Assembly: GCA_964019335.1 (NCBI GenBank)
Contig: OZ025650.1
Span: 868,001-932,000, forward strand
Direction: 5' to 3'
Origin: Diplonema japonicum
Lineage: Eukaryota; Protista; Euglenozoa: Diplonemea
Length of the DNA stretch: 64,000 nt
Both the position numbers and the translations under genes were made by a program. This document shows positions 1 to 12,328 of the stretch, one piece after another. The first letter of the stretch is position 1. Each line of letters begins with the position of its first letter. Below the pieces are notes generated by a model that had not been told where the DNA came from, did not search any database, and saw only the letters and a program-made list of their open reading frames with translations.

Positions 1-266
1 TGTAAAGCATCTATTAAGAAAGGTAGTAGGCCACACGAAGGCTCGACAAGCTGATTGCCTCAGGGCAGCAAGGGAGGACAAAGATGCAGAAAGGGAACCC
101 TGGGGGTTTCTTCGCGCGGTTGCCGTTTGCAGCCCAGGCCAGTATGTAGGTAGTAGTGGACCAGGCCCCCTGACGGCCTTACCTAAAAAAAATTCCCGGA
201 CGGAAAAATTCCCGGACGCCAAAAAAACTCGGACATTTTTCCGTCCGGGAGTTTTTCGTTTTACAG
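1..266. mobile_element. MITE / non-autonomous TA-targeting (Tc1/mariner-pogo-like) DNA transposon; left end at or beyond the window edge
   Basis: Ends ...GTTTTTCGTTTTACAG followed by TA (267-268). Subterminal TCCCGGACG occurs twice direct and once inverted (CGTCCGGGA). The window starts TGTAAA, compatible with a left TIR CTGTAAA. The right end is homologous to that of the 7859-7964 element. Confidence 0.6.
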
Positions 267-287
267 TATATATAAAAAAAACACTTA

Positions 288-2676
288 ATGGACCCGCCTG
301 TCATAGAAACCGAGGGACTGGGCACCCCAAGCTGCAGTGTATGGTACGCAAGGCATGGTGGTTATAAGGAAGGCTTGGCTGTCGCTACAGAAAAGGTCAG
401 AGGTGTGGTGGAGTCTCTTGAGAACATGTTAATAGAAGTTGAAGGGATGCTTGGGAGTGACGAAGGGGAACAGGAGCTGAACGGGATCACCAGCGAGTTA
501 AGGGAAATGAGCGGGGAAGGGCTGGCAGAAGGACTTGCCGAGGGGAAGGTCGCAGATATAAGGGAAAAGCTGCATAAAATACGTAACAATGCAAAGAAGT
601 GTAGCAACACCAGTGTTGTGGAGATTGTCACAGGGAGGCTTCAGATATATTTGGGGATTTATACGCGGACGTTGAAGTTGTTCTTCGGCACGAGGCACCT
701 TTCTGTGGCGTCGAGGCCCAGCAGACGCTTGCGAACGTCGAATACGTGGCCCAAGTTGTTGCTGGAAAGGAGGCCGCACATGACCATAAGCCCAACCACC
801 TCTACTGCGAGCACATCGTCGCCTCCCCACTCTCCTTCACCTCTTCCAAAGTCAAGGCTTTTCAGATCGTCCTTGCCCCCACCTGTGGAGACGCCTTGCT
901 CGCCATTCCACTCTGTGCGGGACACCCCCCGGAGGCTCGTCACCTCCCCGCGCACACCGTTGTCATGTATCTCCGCCCATGTGATATCCAAGCTCTTCAA
1001 ACGTCGTTCCATCCATTGGGACACCATGGAGCCTTGTTATGTGGATCCAACTCCAGATGTAAAAATCCTGTGCAGGGTCTGCGAGACGCCCGTTACGTCG
1101 GAGCGAATCGAAGCCCACATAGAGATTTGTGCAGAGAGGATGGCAAACTTAATGGCTTTGGACCATGTCATAGCACAACTAAAGAAGGCAGCCGGGTTGC
1201 TTGGGGAAGGGAAGGGCAAGACATTGCGAGCTGTTGCGGACATGTGCTACTCGGTCTCAAAGGGGCACAACGTCGCCGCGATACTGACTGAGATACGGAA
1301 AAAGCAGGCCGAGTGCGAGGGCGAAATTTCGGACAAGAAATTCCAAGCGATGCTGGCGGCAGCCCACGATGCGTGCGATGGGGTCAAGCGGGCGGATGAG
1401 ATAGCAGAAGACGTCATGATGCCGCAGGAGGTGGTGGAACTTGATCGTCTGCGGCGAGCTGCGTACGTTGGAATAGGCGACTTCACAGCAAAGGCTGTCA
1501 TCGCTCGGGGAGCTTTTGGACGTGTCTTTCTTGTGGAGAAGCGCAACACGCACGACCTCTACGCCCTGAAGGTGATGTCGACTGCAGATGTCATCGACAG
1601 GCACATGACGCGGAAACTGCTGAACGAAAGGAACATCATGGCATTCACAAACTCGAACTTGATCGTGAAGCTCCACTACGCCTTCGCGTCTACGGAGCAC
1701 CTGTTCCTCGCAATGGACTACCACCCTGGGGGCGACCTGTTCTCGCTGTTGGAGAGGGTTGAGGTTTTCACTGAAAAGCAGGCGGCTTTTTACGCCGCTG
1801 AGATCTTTCTCGCTTTGGAGCATTTGCACAAGATGTCGATTGTGCACCGTGACGTGAAGCCTGACAACATCCTGCTGTCGAACACAGGGCATATCATGCT
1901 GACAGATTTTGGGCTGTCTGATGTGGGGGCTGGGTTCGTCGTGGATTCCGTGATATCACGAGCGGACCAAGCTGTGCATTCAACACCGAAGACGCCTAAA
2001 CAACGGACTGAACGCGGCGGGACGCCTGATTATGTCCCTCCCGAGATTATCCTCGGGGAGCCCAGCGATCGGTCTGCGGACTTTTGGAGTTTGGGTGCGT
2101 TGTTATACGAGTTTTTGATGGGGTTCCCGCCGTTTACCGCAGAAACACCGCAAGACACGTTCGATAGGATTTTAAGAGGGATTTACCAAGAGTGCGAGTG
2201 CTCAGACCCACCGAAAGATCTTATTTCAAATCTACTTCAATTCGAGCCGTCCAGCAGGGCCACCAACCTACGGCAACATCCCTTCTTCAACGACATTGAC
2301 TGGGATACGATTCTGACTTCCGCTGCACCCATTGTTCCCGACCTGTCGAAGGATAATTTTAAGGAGAGGGCAAGGCTTTATAATGTCAGCGAGGCTGATT
2401 TAGATTTTCTGAAAGAGGAGATAAGCAGCGGTGGAGACCGTAGTCCGTCTGCAGTATCTTCTCAGAGCAGGGAACAGCTTGTTGACGAATTCCTTAGGAG
2501 ACCGCAGGAAAATGTTTGTTTCAAGGGAAGGGGGTAAAAAAAAAAAGGGGGGGAAAAAAACACAGGATAGCCTTTCCCTCCTATCTTTTCAGCTTGCCGC
2601 GCCGCATGTTGCATATCTGGCCACACGCGAGGTTCGAAAAACTCGAATAGCAAAAATGGAAGGCGTTTCCATGTGA
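288..2676 (+). CDS. AGC-group Ser/Thr kinase of the IRE/Greatwall/Rim15 type with an upstream zinc finger; join(288..2513,2566..2676)
   Basis: Kinase motifs ARGAFGRV, ALK, HRDVKPDN, DFGLS, GTPDYVPPE and DFWSLG. CRVCE..IEAHIEIC resembles the zinc finger of IRE-type kinases. A GTTTGT..CACAG intron (2514-2565) replaces a low-complexity tail with DSLSLLSFQLAAPHV... Confidence 0.85.
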
Positions 2677-3367
2677 AAAAGCAGAGGAATGAAGTTTTTC
2701 GCCTCGTTTTTATTATTATTAAATTATTATTATTTTTTAAAAAAAAAATATCTAAAGGGGTTTTGATGCGGTGTTCTGTATCGTCTTTTGTATTTCTTTT
2801 TAAATCACAACCTAATGGGAGGAGTTGCTTTTAAAAAAAAAAAGAAAGGAATAGAGAGAGAGAAAAAAGAAGAAGGATATTTCTCCCATTTACATGAGAG
2901 GGTATCACCGCAAGAAGAAAGTAAAATTTAAAAAAGATCTTACCCCCCCCCCGCCCCAAGGCATGGAGTACACGAGATTCGAATTTTGGGGGGAAAACCT
3001 AGTTACCACCCAATTCTGTCAATAATCCTATTCGTTTTCCTATGCCCATTGTCGGACCCGAATCGGATGCACTCTATGCTTGGGGGGGGGGGGGTCAAAT
3101 TAACTCTTTAATTAAAGTAGGTGTGAGTACTGAAGAACCCCTCAGGCATGGAACAGGTCGACGTACATGCATAAGGGGGAGTGGGGGTGTGCAGTGCATT
3201 TATGTGCATTAATTGAGTTTTAAAAAGTTTGGCTTTCTCAACTGGTGTGCATTGTCCCCCCCCGCTTCCCCCCCCTTTTTTTTTCTTCACTTTTTATATA
3301 TTATTACCACCCCTGAAAAACTAAATGACATAAAAAGGACGACAACAAAAAAAAAATAATAATAATA

Positions 3368-3994
3368 ATGTTCCGTGTGATCGCAAGAGCCGGGCTGAGG
3401 AGTGTGTCGAGGGGTGTGTCCATGAGGCCTGTGGCGGCCGTTGAGAAGAGGTGGTTGTCGGCGTCGTGCGGGAAGGAGTTGGAAGATGAGCAGGCGTTCT
3501 TCGAGGAGATGGAGAAGCCGGAGATGCTCAGCGGGTGGAGCATGACCCACACAGACGGGTCGGGGTACTTCAGGCTGACGAAGGACAGTGAAGGAACAGA
3601 GATCTTGATCGACTGTGAGTTCAAAGCCCACGACACTGAGGAGGACAGCACTGGGTTTTCCGTCATCATGACCCAGAATGGTGTGACCGCCGACTTCACC
3701 CTTCGCTACTCTGAGGGCAACGGTTCGTACACCCTGGAGGGGATGACTACCTACAAGACCCGCAGCAGCGCCACTGACCTGACCCCCCAGGCTGGTCTTG
3801 AGCGTGACAACAACTACGAAGGGCCCACCATCGAGGACCTTGAGAAGACAGAGGTCGTTGAAAAGGTTATCGACATGCTGGTGAGCAAGGGCATCACTTC
3901 CGACCTTGCTGCCTTCGTGCACAAACAGTGCCAGGTCCTCGAACAGAAGGCGTACATGGGTTTCCTCACTGACCTCCAGAACTTCGCCAAGTGA
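3368..3994 (+). CDS. Mitochondrial acidic matrix protein, MAM33/p32/gC1qR family (trypanosome p22-like)
   Basis: Arg-rich N-terminal presequence, acidic body, and C-terminal YEGPTIEDL...KGITSDLAAFV...EQKAYMGFLTDLQNF signature. Confidence 0.85.
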   Translation: MFRVIARAGLRSVSRGVSMRPVAAVEKRWLSASCGKELEDEQAFFEEMEKPEMLSGWSMTHTDGSGYFRLTKDSEGTEILIDCEFKAHDTEEDSTGFSVIMTQNGVTADFTLRYSEGNGSYTLEGMTTYKTRSSATDLTPQAGLERDNNYEGPTIEDLEKTEVVEKVIDMLVSKGITSDLAAFVHKQCQVLEQKAYMGFLTDLQNFAK

Positions 3995-4512
3995 ATTTAA
4001 TTATTCCTGTCCCCCCCACCCCCTTTTTTTTTATGATCATAGATTTTCTTTTTTTTGGGTTCCCCCCCTCCCTCCTCTTGTTTTTGTTTTATCCCTTTTT
4101 TTTCCCTCCTTTGGAGAAAAAAAATAAAGAGAGACTACTCTTTTATCTCTTTTTTTGGTTATTATCTTTCATAAAAAGCTGGTTAAAGGATTGGAGGAGA
4201 GGGGAAGGAAGGGGCGGTAAGAAGAAGTTAAGGGGGAGGGGGGGACAGGGGGGGGGGTTTTATTTCAATTTCTTTTTTAGAAAAGGAAAAGAGAAAATAA
4301 AACAAATTAAAAGGGTAATCACTTAGTTGATATCTGGAAATGTCCCCCCCCCTGTTTTTTTTTCTTTTATTACTTATCTTTCTTATAGCAACTTGTTTTT
4401 TTTCTCTTCGCGTTTTCACCTCCTTTGCACCCTTTTTTTCCCCCCGCCCTGTCCCTTCGAAGAAGAAAAAAAAAACAAAAATACAGGAATTAGATAAGAA
4501 AAGTTTAGAAAG

Positions 4513-4842
4513 ATGAAGTACGTTGCAGCATTCCTGATGGCCAAGCTTGCCAATGACACCCCCTCTGTTGAGGACGTAAAGAACATCCTGTCTTCTGTGG
4601 ACTGTGCTGTGGATGAAGAAAAGTTGGCCCTGTTCATGAAGGAGACCGAGGGCAAGAACGTTAACGAGCTTATTGTTGAGGGCAGCAAGAAGATGGCCTC
4701 CTTCGGGGGTGGTGGTGGCGGTGGCGGTGCTGCTCCTGCTGCTGCTGCTGCGGGTGGCGGTGCTGCCGCTGCCCCTGCTGCCAAGGCCGAGGCTCCTCCC
4801 TCTGAGGAGGATGACGACATGGGCTTCGGTCTCTTCGACTAA
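4513..4842 (+). CDS. RPLP2: 60S acidic ribosomal protein P2
   Basis: MKYVAAFLMA N-terminus, Ala/Gly hinge and EEDDDMGFGLFD C-terminus. Confidence 0.95.
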   Translation: MKYVAAFLMAKLANDTPSVEDVKNILSSVDCAVDEEKLALFMKETEGKNVNELIVEGSKKMASFGGGGGGGGAAPAAAAAGGGAAAAPAAKAEAPPSEEDDDMGFGLFD

Positions 4843-5263
4843 ACATGTTGAGGTATTGGGGAAAAAAAAAGGAGGGGAAAAAAAAAAACCCACAGGGAAA
4901 AAAAAAATAGTGTAAAAGTTGGTGAAGGAGAAAAGACAAAAGAAAAATAAAAAAAACAAAAAAAAAGACCCCCCTATTTTTTTCTTTTTTCCGCTCGATC
5001 TTTTCCCCCCCCCTCTTTCTCTGTCCTAAAAACTACCTAACCAAAAACATCGAACCCCAGAGAAATATAAAAAAGTACTAAGGAGCGAAGGAAAAGCAAA
5101 AAAAAAAGAAGAAGGGTGTGGAGAAGCAGCGTTTTTTTTTATCCTCCTTTTTTTTTTTCCTTTCCTCTTTCCCAACTCGGCCGTCAGCTTTCCGTTTTTT
5201 TATTCTTTCCGGAAAAAAAAAAATACCCAACAAAGGGAGAATAAGGGGAAAACACAAAAAAAA

Positions 5264-7687
5264 ATGGGCATTCCTGCATTCTACGCATGGTTGGCACAGA
5301 AGTACTCAAGGATAAGCAGGAAACACCTCCCAGATGGGGAAATGGACAATGTGTACTTGGACGTGAACGCGTTAATCCACGGGGCGTGCCAAGGCTGGGA
5401 CGGGGAGTATTTGAACGATGAAGATAAAATGCTTGAAAAGCTGATAGTATACGTGGAGAGGCTGTTGAAAGTGCTTGGTGCGAAAAAACTGGTATACTTT
5501 GCAGTAGACGGTGTGGCACCGAGAGCAAAATTAAACCAACAACGGGGGAGGCGTTTCCAATCCGCAAAATCTAGGCTTCCTCTTGGAAAAGGAGAGTTCC
5601 CCGGCCTCTTCCATGACGATGATGATGTGGACCAAGCTGACGTGAAGGACACTCTGAACGAACTTTCAGATGCAACGGCATCCTTAAACACTGGTATCTT
5701 CGACAAGTCCGACGTCCTGAACGGCTTAATGGACCAATCAGACAGCGTGCCCAGCGAGGGGCCCTGCGCGATGTTCGTTTTCAACTCTGACGATGAGGAC
5801 GTTGACGCCTTGCCCCCTTGGGACTCCAACGCCATCACACCCGGGACAGCTTTCATGGAAAAGGTCTCGAAAACACTGAACAAGTGGGCCGAGGCGTACC
5901 AAGGCCCCGCTACCATCATCGTCTCTGACTCAAACACACCTGGAGAAGGGGAGCACAAGTTCATAGACTTTATCAAGGCTGAGAGACAAGGAGCGTCAAC
6001 AGCGCAGTCATGGCTGGACCTGGACGACAAGCACGCTATCGTTTCTCTCGATGCAGACATACTGTTGTTGGCCCTCTCCTTGCACCTCCCCAATGTTTAT
6101 GTCGTAAGGGAGGACAGGCGTGCTGAAGGGATGACAAAATTCGAGTACTGCTTCATCGACAACCTTCGTGAGCAGCTCGCTGAAGAGCTCCATGGTAAGA
6201 TCGCCATGTATCACCTTGTGTACCACGAGCAGTCGGCTCTGCCCCAATCCGAACACCCTGACTTCGAACGCCTTGCCACCGACTGGGTCTCCCTCATGAC
6301 CTTTGCAGGGAACGACTTTATCCCGCATCTCCCCGCCGCCTACATCGGCCAGCTCGGAGGAGAGCTCTTCATGGATCTTTACTGCAGAAACATGGCGAAG
6401 CTCTACAGTAAAAAGACGAAGGAATGGAAATACCTCATCAACGCCGACTGCAGCCTGAACTTGACTAGCTTCAGAGAGTTCATAATGGCCTACGCGACAG
6501 TCGAGGACAGCCTGTTCAGGCAGGAGGCCATTCATGAGAAGGTTCTCACGGAAGAACAGGCATTGAAGGCATCGGGGTTCGGGTCGTCTGTGGATGATAC
6601 TTGGAGGGATATCTATTACAGCTCGGTGGAGGAGATTACGGGGCTTTCCAGCAGACGCGAGATGTGCAAGAAATGGATGGAGGGCTTCATGTGGGTGGTG
6701 AAGTACTATGTGCTGCCTGGGACAGCGTCGTGGTCGTGGTTCTACCCGTACTTCCATGCTCCTTTCGCGGCGGATCTTTTGGACTACCTTCAGGAGTTCG
6801 AAGATGAAGTGTTCCATGTGGATTTTGAGAAATCTGTGCCACTGCAGCCGCAGCAGCAGCTTCTCGCGGTGCTGCCGAAATGGTCGTTCTCGCTGCTTCC
6901 TGATGGGTACGGTGAAGCCTTCACATCGGCCAACGCAGCCCTGTACCCCACCTCATGGAAGTTCGATCTCACAGGGTGCCGCGCCGAGCACCACGGTGTC
7001 CCCGTCCTTCCTTTTCTCAACATCGCAGACCTGGTGGCATCCACAAGGGTCACCACCCCCACACAGAACACGCCCTTCGACGTCATTTACAACAAACCTC
7101 CCTTCATGACCTTTAGCTCTCACTCTGTGCAAGGGTCCGGATTCACTGTTGCCTACAATGCGGAAGACTTCACCCAGATCCCCAAGTGGCACCGACAGGC
7201 GTCCCACCCCGAGGTTAAGTCCGTCGAGCTCCCGCAGTTCATTCCTTGGAGACACAAGCCCACGCCCTACCCTGTGGTGCTTGTCTCGGGTGTGTCCATT
7301 CTCTCCGTCGGTGTTATGCTCAAGCTCTTCCTTTCTTGGACGAAGAAATACAGAAGGTCCCCAGTGTTCCTGCTGCTAGTTGGAATCTTAGCCGCCTTGA
7401 TACTGAAACTAAAGCGGAGTGAGATGTTGCCGTTGATCGGTGGTGTGCAACAGGGCAAAAAGCCTAAGAAGGCCAGGAAGAAACCTGCCTTCCTCAAACC
7501 TAAAAGGTGTAGGGTCGACTGGGTGTGCTCCGGGTGCCTCTGCAAGAACTGGGAGCGACAGGAGGACTGCTACAAGTGCATGACGAAGAAACAAGCAGTC
7601 GATCTTGAGGTGTTCCTGCCGAAATCTAACAGATGGTCCACTAGCTGCTACTCATCTAACCATTTGCACTATGTTGAGGATCAGTGA
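5264..7687 (+). CDS. XRN-family 5'-3' exoribonuclease with two C-terminal hydrophobic segments and a RanBP2-type zinc finger
   Basis: MGIPAFYAWL, YLDVNALIH, AVDGVAPRAKLNQQRGRRF, DSNAITPGT, PGEGEHK, DADILLL, GNDFIPH, SWSWFYPYFHAP. Tail contains DWVCSGCLCKNWERQEDCYKC. Confidence 0.9.
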   Translation: MGIPAFYAWLAQKYSRISRKHLPDGEMDNVYLDVNALIHGACQGWDGEYLNDEDKMLEKLIVYVERLLKVLGAKKLVYFAVDGVAPRAKLNQQRGRRFQSAKSRLPLGKGEFPGLFHDDDDVDQADVKDTLNELSDATASLNTGIFDKSDVLNGLMDQSDSVPSEGPCAMFVFNSDDEDVDALPPWDSNAITPGTAFMEKVSKTLNKWAEAYQGPATIIVSDSNTPGEGEHKFIDFIKAERQGASTAQSWLDLDDKHAIVSLDADILLLALSLHLPNVYVVREDRRAEGMTKFEYCFIDNLREQLAEELHGKIAMYHLVYHEQSALPQSEHPDFERLATDWVSLMTFAGNDFIPHLPAAYIGQLGGELFMDLYCRNMAKLYSKKTKEWKYLINADCSLNLTSFREFIMAYATVEDSLFRQEAIHEKVLTEEQALKASGFGSSVDDTWRDIYYSSVEEITGLSSRREMCKKWMEGFMWVVKYYVLPGTASWSWFYPYFHAPFAADLLDYLQEFEDEVFHVDFEKSVPLQPQQQLLAVLPKWSFSLLPDGYGEAFTSANAALYPTSWKFDLTGCRAEHHGVPVLPFLNIADLVASTRVTTPTQNTPFDVIYNKPPFMTFSSHSVQGSGFTVAYNAEDFTQIPKWHRQASHPEVKSVELPQFIPWRHKPTPYPVVLVSGVSILSVGVMLKLFLSWTKKYRRSPVFLLLVGILAALILKLKRSEMLPLIGGVQQGKKPKKARKKPAFLKPKRCRVDWVCSGCLCKNWERQEDCYKCMTKKQAVDLEVFLPKSNRWSTSCYSSNHLHYVEDQ

Positions 7688-7858
7688 GCGACATGAGTGG
7701 AGGTAGTATGATCCCCCCCACCCCCCTTCGGACGTCGTCCCTCGTCCCTCTCAGCTGTGTAAACGTCTTTCCTTGCCTCTTTTTTTTTTGGAAGAAAAAA
7801 AAAAGACACGTTTGCCTGAGTGATGGGCCCCGAGGCCTTGCGTCTTAATAATTGAATA

Positions 7859-7964
7859 CTGTAAAACAAGAGATTCGGGGGGGGGGGCGAAAATAAAAAG
7901 GCCCGGAAAGAAGAACGTTCGGCGGTTCGAAAACTTTTCGTTCTGGAACTTTTTTGTTTTACAG
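7859..7964. mobile_element. 106-bp MITE with TA target-site duplication
   Basis: TA|CTGTAAAACAA ... TTGTTTTACAG|TA, a perfect 11-bp TIR. The 3' part resembles the end of the 1-266 element. Confidence 0.75.
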
Positions 7965-8367
7965 TAATGCAGAAGAAAAAAAAACTCTCCGGCTATAGTT
8001 TCACGAAGGGAGGAAAACACCTCTCAGTTCTCCCTTTTCATTCCCTGTTTTCTTCTCTCTTTTTTTTGATTCCGCATTGTGTAGCTTCGCGTTTTCCATT
8101 CCGTATTTCCCCCTTTGCGAAAGTATAGTAATTTTCAGAAGAATGGAGGACAAAAAAAAAAGAAGAAGAAGAAAAAAAAAAAGCAAACCAGTGTATTAAA
8201 ATTCCTCCACTTTATTTCCTTTTGTATATTTTTCTTTCTTTCTCCAGTGCACCGTCCCAACCCCTTCCCCCTCTCCTCTTGACACGAAGGGTTGTGAACG
8301 AGGGGGTTTTTGAGTTTATTGTGTTTGCTTGATTTTCTAATCTCTAATATTATAAAGGAGGGTGGGA

Positions 8368-11066
8368 ATGATTGATGCAAGTAGCAGTGATAGCAGTGAT
8401 GAGAGCCAGACCTTCGAGGAGGTGTTGAGCAGCAAGAAAGATGCGACGGAGGTGTTTGCTTTGGACTCGAGTTCTGACGCGTCTTCTAGCGATGATGACT
8501 CAGGAGAGATCACAGAGATACGAGAAGAAGAAATACAGGCCGTGCCTGCAAAGCCACCACTCCCATCACGAACGTCTAGCCCGCCAGGCCTGGCGTTGCC
8601 TATCTTTGTGAAGGGGAACGGGCCTTCACCACCCGTCACCCCGAAGCTAGCTGTCTCGACTCAGCTCACGCCGAGGACCACGCCATCTCAGCACCCTGCT
8701 GCGAAGGCGGCCGTCCAACCCTCTCCTCTGATCAAGCCTGCCGTAGCGCACCCGCCCCCGAAATCCCCTAAGCCAAAACAACCTCTCAAGCCTCCCCAGA
8801 GGATCGCCACACCACCCCTCCCAAGCCCGGTCGCAGTACCCGAACCAGACAGAGCTTCTTCACGAACACCTACAGAACAGCAAAACACCCCTAGGCGAGC
8901 ATCGTCGTCGCACACTGCAAAGCCTTTGAAGAAAAAGCCATCCCAGCGCATCAAGCCCGTACCTGCTGCCAGCGTTTCTCGCGATGTTGCAGACGCACTC
9001 GAAGCGCAGATGAAGCGGTACGAGCATGCCTTAGACGACATTGACGAGGAGCTCCGTACGAAAAAACGGTCCCAGTCAGCGCGCCGGGTGGAGAGGGTGG
9101 AGAGGATGGACCACGACGATACTTCGTCTCACGACACCGTCCGAGCCCGCGAGAACATTTTAGAGAAGGTCGTGAAAAGCAGGTTTGGAGTTGGCATGAC
9201 GCGCCCCTACACATCGCCGCCGAGGCAAAAACAGACTAGTTCTTTCCGCACGAACAGTACTCCGGGGAGAAAAGCTAATAAAAAAAGGGAAAACCCGCTC
9301 ACCCGCGAGGAACTCCAAGCTCTGAAGAGGGTGGCCGCCTGGGTGCGTGACGACGACTCCTTGGACACAAGACCATCGAGGCTCGGGGTACCTTCACGGG
9401 GAAAAGAACGTGTTTCTACCCCATTAAGGAACTGGGGAGATCGAATGTACTTAGAAGGGTTAATAGATAAGGCTGCGTTCAAGGCATGGGGCGACGAGGA
9501 GAGAATGAAGGCAGAAATACGAAAGATGAAGGATGACGAACTGACGTTCAAACCGAAGATCTCGGCACATGCACACGAGATGCCGCCAAGGCTGTTCACA
9601 GAGGAGATGGAGCGGAAGAAGAAGATGACGTTGAGGTCGAAGAGCGCGCCGAAGACGACGACACGGACGAAAGCTAAGAGACAACCTCGGAAGGATGATG
9701 ATCCTCCTCGCGTGACGCCTCCTCCTCCTCCTCCTCCTCCTCCTCCGCCTCCAGCAGCCCCGCAGTACCACCACCCTTATCCATACCCTCAAGGGCATTA
9801 CTACCCATGGGGGGCTCCATGGTACCCACCTATGTGGATGCCCCAAACCGTCCCCGTGGACCCAGGCATGCTGTCACAACAAAGCACCCAGCCTCCTCTG
9901 AGAGACGCAGGCAGCGTGGTGTCAGGAGACTCGTTTGCACCGACATCGGAGCCGACAGAGAGGGAAGTCATGTCACGGTCGCAGTCGTACTCTTCACTGC
10001 ACTCCTCGAAACAGGTGACTGAGGCGACGTCGTCGTGCGAAGGGGACTTGTTCGTGCCTGCCAGAAAAAGGGTGAATAGATACCCTACGCCTACCAGGAA
10101 GAAGGAGAGGGGGAAGAGGGAGATCTCTGATTACCTATTCGAAGAGTCGAAGGGCCGCGTCGCGAGACGGAAGCAAATCGGCGACGACTACACAGAGCTC
10201 TTCAAGAAGAACAGTGATGTGTCACTGCATACGATTCCCAGGGACGGCGACTCGGAGCGAAGAGCGGTCGAAGCGAGGAAGGCGCGGGCAAGACGGAAGC
10301 TGCATGAGGTTTTTGAGGCTATAGATTCCGGGAAGACTGGTGTGGTCTCGATCGATGAGATCACCGAGTGGCTGGAGGCCACTGAGGAGTCGTTGGGGAC
10401 ATCAAGGGACCCTGACATACCGTTGGAGGACATGGCAGACTTTGTCAGAGCAATGCTGATCCCATCGTTGAAGGCTTCGAAGGGGATTTCGTTCACATTG
10501 GAGAGGATGGTGGCGGCATTCTTGCAGAACAACAAGGCGAAGGTGTACCATAGCTTCCTGTCCTCACGGCGGGACTCGTCGCCTGCGGGGTTCAGCCACA
10601 CACCGGAACTGAACAAGAATAGCAGGAAAATGGTTGCTGTGCAAAATGCTAAAACGAAACACATGCCTGTCCACGACAAGCTGACGGAGGAGTCTCGAAA
10701 CAGGCAGAAGCGCCAGCATCAGGCCATGTTCACGCACAGGGTGGAGCAGTATTGTGATGAGCTTAACGAATGCACGTTCCATCCTAAAATAAACGACGGT
10801 TTCATCGCTGGAGACAGGAAACATTTTGCGGACAATAATAGCTATGTCGGCTCTCCAGGAGGCTCTCTCCCTTCTCCCCCTTCGCCTGGAAGCCCTACGA
10901 AGGTCGTCGATTGGAGGTATGTTAGGAAGAAGGAAAAAAAAATACGTAAATGTATAAATAACCCAGCCCGCCCAAAACCAAACTCGAAGAATACGGTCGC
11001 AAGTTGATGCTGGACCAATTGCTCGATCGGATTTCGACCCTAGCTCACGAAGTGAAGCGGAAATAA
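8368..11066 (+). CDS. Large Pro/Ser-rich protein with an EF-hand and repeated TF(K/H)PKI motifs; join(8368..10916,10967..11066)
   Basis: Long ORF. EF-hand-like FEAIDSGKTGVVSIDEI; ELTFKPKI, FSHTPELN and ECTFHPKIN repeats. A GTATGT..CCCAG 50-nt intron gives a coherent helical C-terminus. Confidence 0.75.
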
Positions 11067-11716
11067 AAGACTTTTTACAACGAAAAAAAAAAATGATTGT
11101 TTATCTCTCTGTTCTCTTTTTCTTATAGAATCAGTTTGTCTTTGTTTTCTCTTTTTTTTTTTATATCTCCCTTCTCCCCTTTTACCTTATTTTTTTTTAT
11201 AATGTGTATGCATGAAAGAAGAACTAACTTTTTAGAAAATGAAATGGAGGAAAAATATTTGCAAAGGCCAAAACACAAAGGAGAAAAGTAGTACGCATGA
11301 AAGGGGAACTGCTCATCCTTTACACCCCCCCCCTTTTTTTTGTGGCGCTATATCTGCGCGGGGGGCTTCTTTCTCCCGTTTTGTTTTTTTTTTGTTCCCT
11401 GAATGTCATTTATTTTTTATTTTTTGAATAAAAATGGACAAATCAAAGCATAAGTATCCGCCGTTCTCCTTCCCGCTATCACCACCCCCTTGTCCCTGGC
11501 TGTTTTTCCGTCCCCTCCCACTTGTTATTATCGGTTTTTATTTAAAAAAAAAAAATCACATACAACACGCGGGAGAGAATGGAAGAAAAAAAAAGAGAAA
11601 AAAAAACCCTCAGCTTCTGAGAGTTAACGAAGAACCAAAGCAAAGCAGGGGGTAGTAGACAAACGTGTACAGTTTCAACCATTATGATATTTAAAGGGTA
11701 AGAACACAAAAAGAAA

Positions 11717-12178
11717 ATGGATGCGGAATGGAAATGGGTGGGCCCTGAAGGCAATGGCGGTGACTGTTGGAAAGTAGGTGGAACAACTGTAGTGTCTCCA
11801 GCTAGGTGGGCAGAGGTAGTCGAGAGGGATGAAGGAAGGGATAGTAGGAAGGTGAGAAGCAGGAGAGAGCGACTCGAATGGGAGCAGCTGCAGTACTATT
11901 ACACGAGGGAGAACAATGCTGTCAGCAGAGCGACGGAGGTGGTAGACCGTTTCACTGAAGAGATGCAAACCATCTACAACAGGGATGCCCACAGGGTGAC
12001 TCCAGTTCACAATGCCTACCTCAACGCCAACCTTGCCCGCACAGAAACCCTGGCCTCCATCGTCGACAGCAACCACCGTTCCGTTCCTGTCGAAGACTAC
12101 GAAGCCGATAAATCAATGCCATACACTTCTCGCCTCAACCGTGACACGTACGGGAGCACCTATAGCTCTTATAGGTGA
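11717..12178 (+). CDS. Hypothetical protein (153 aa)
   Basis: ATG ORF with coding-like composition between AT-rich flanks; no family recognised. Confidence 0.6.
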   Translation: MDAEWKWVGPEGNGGDCWKVGGTTVVSPARWAEVVERDEGRDSRKVRSRRERLEWEQLQYYYTRENNAVSRATEVVDRFTEEMQTIYNRDAHRVTPVHNAYLNANLARTETLASIVDSNHRSVPVEDYEADKSMPYTSRLNRDTYGSTYSSYR

Positions 12179-12328
12179 TGTCCCCCCTCCCCTCCCCCCT
12201 TTTTTTGTTCGATATTTTCTTCTTTTGTTTAGCTGTAGTTGTACACTGTACTCTCTTTTCGTTGTTTCTGGAATATTTGAGGGAAATATATATATATATA
12301 TATACAACAGGAAGTGACGAATTTATAT

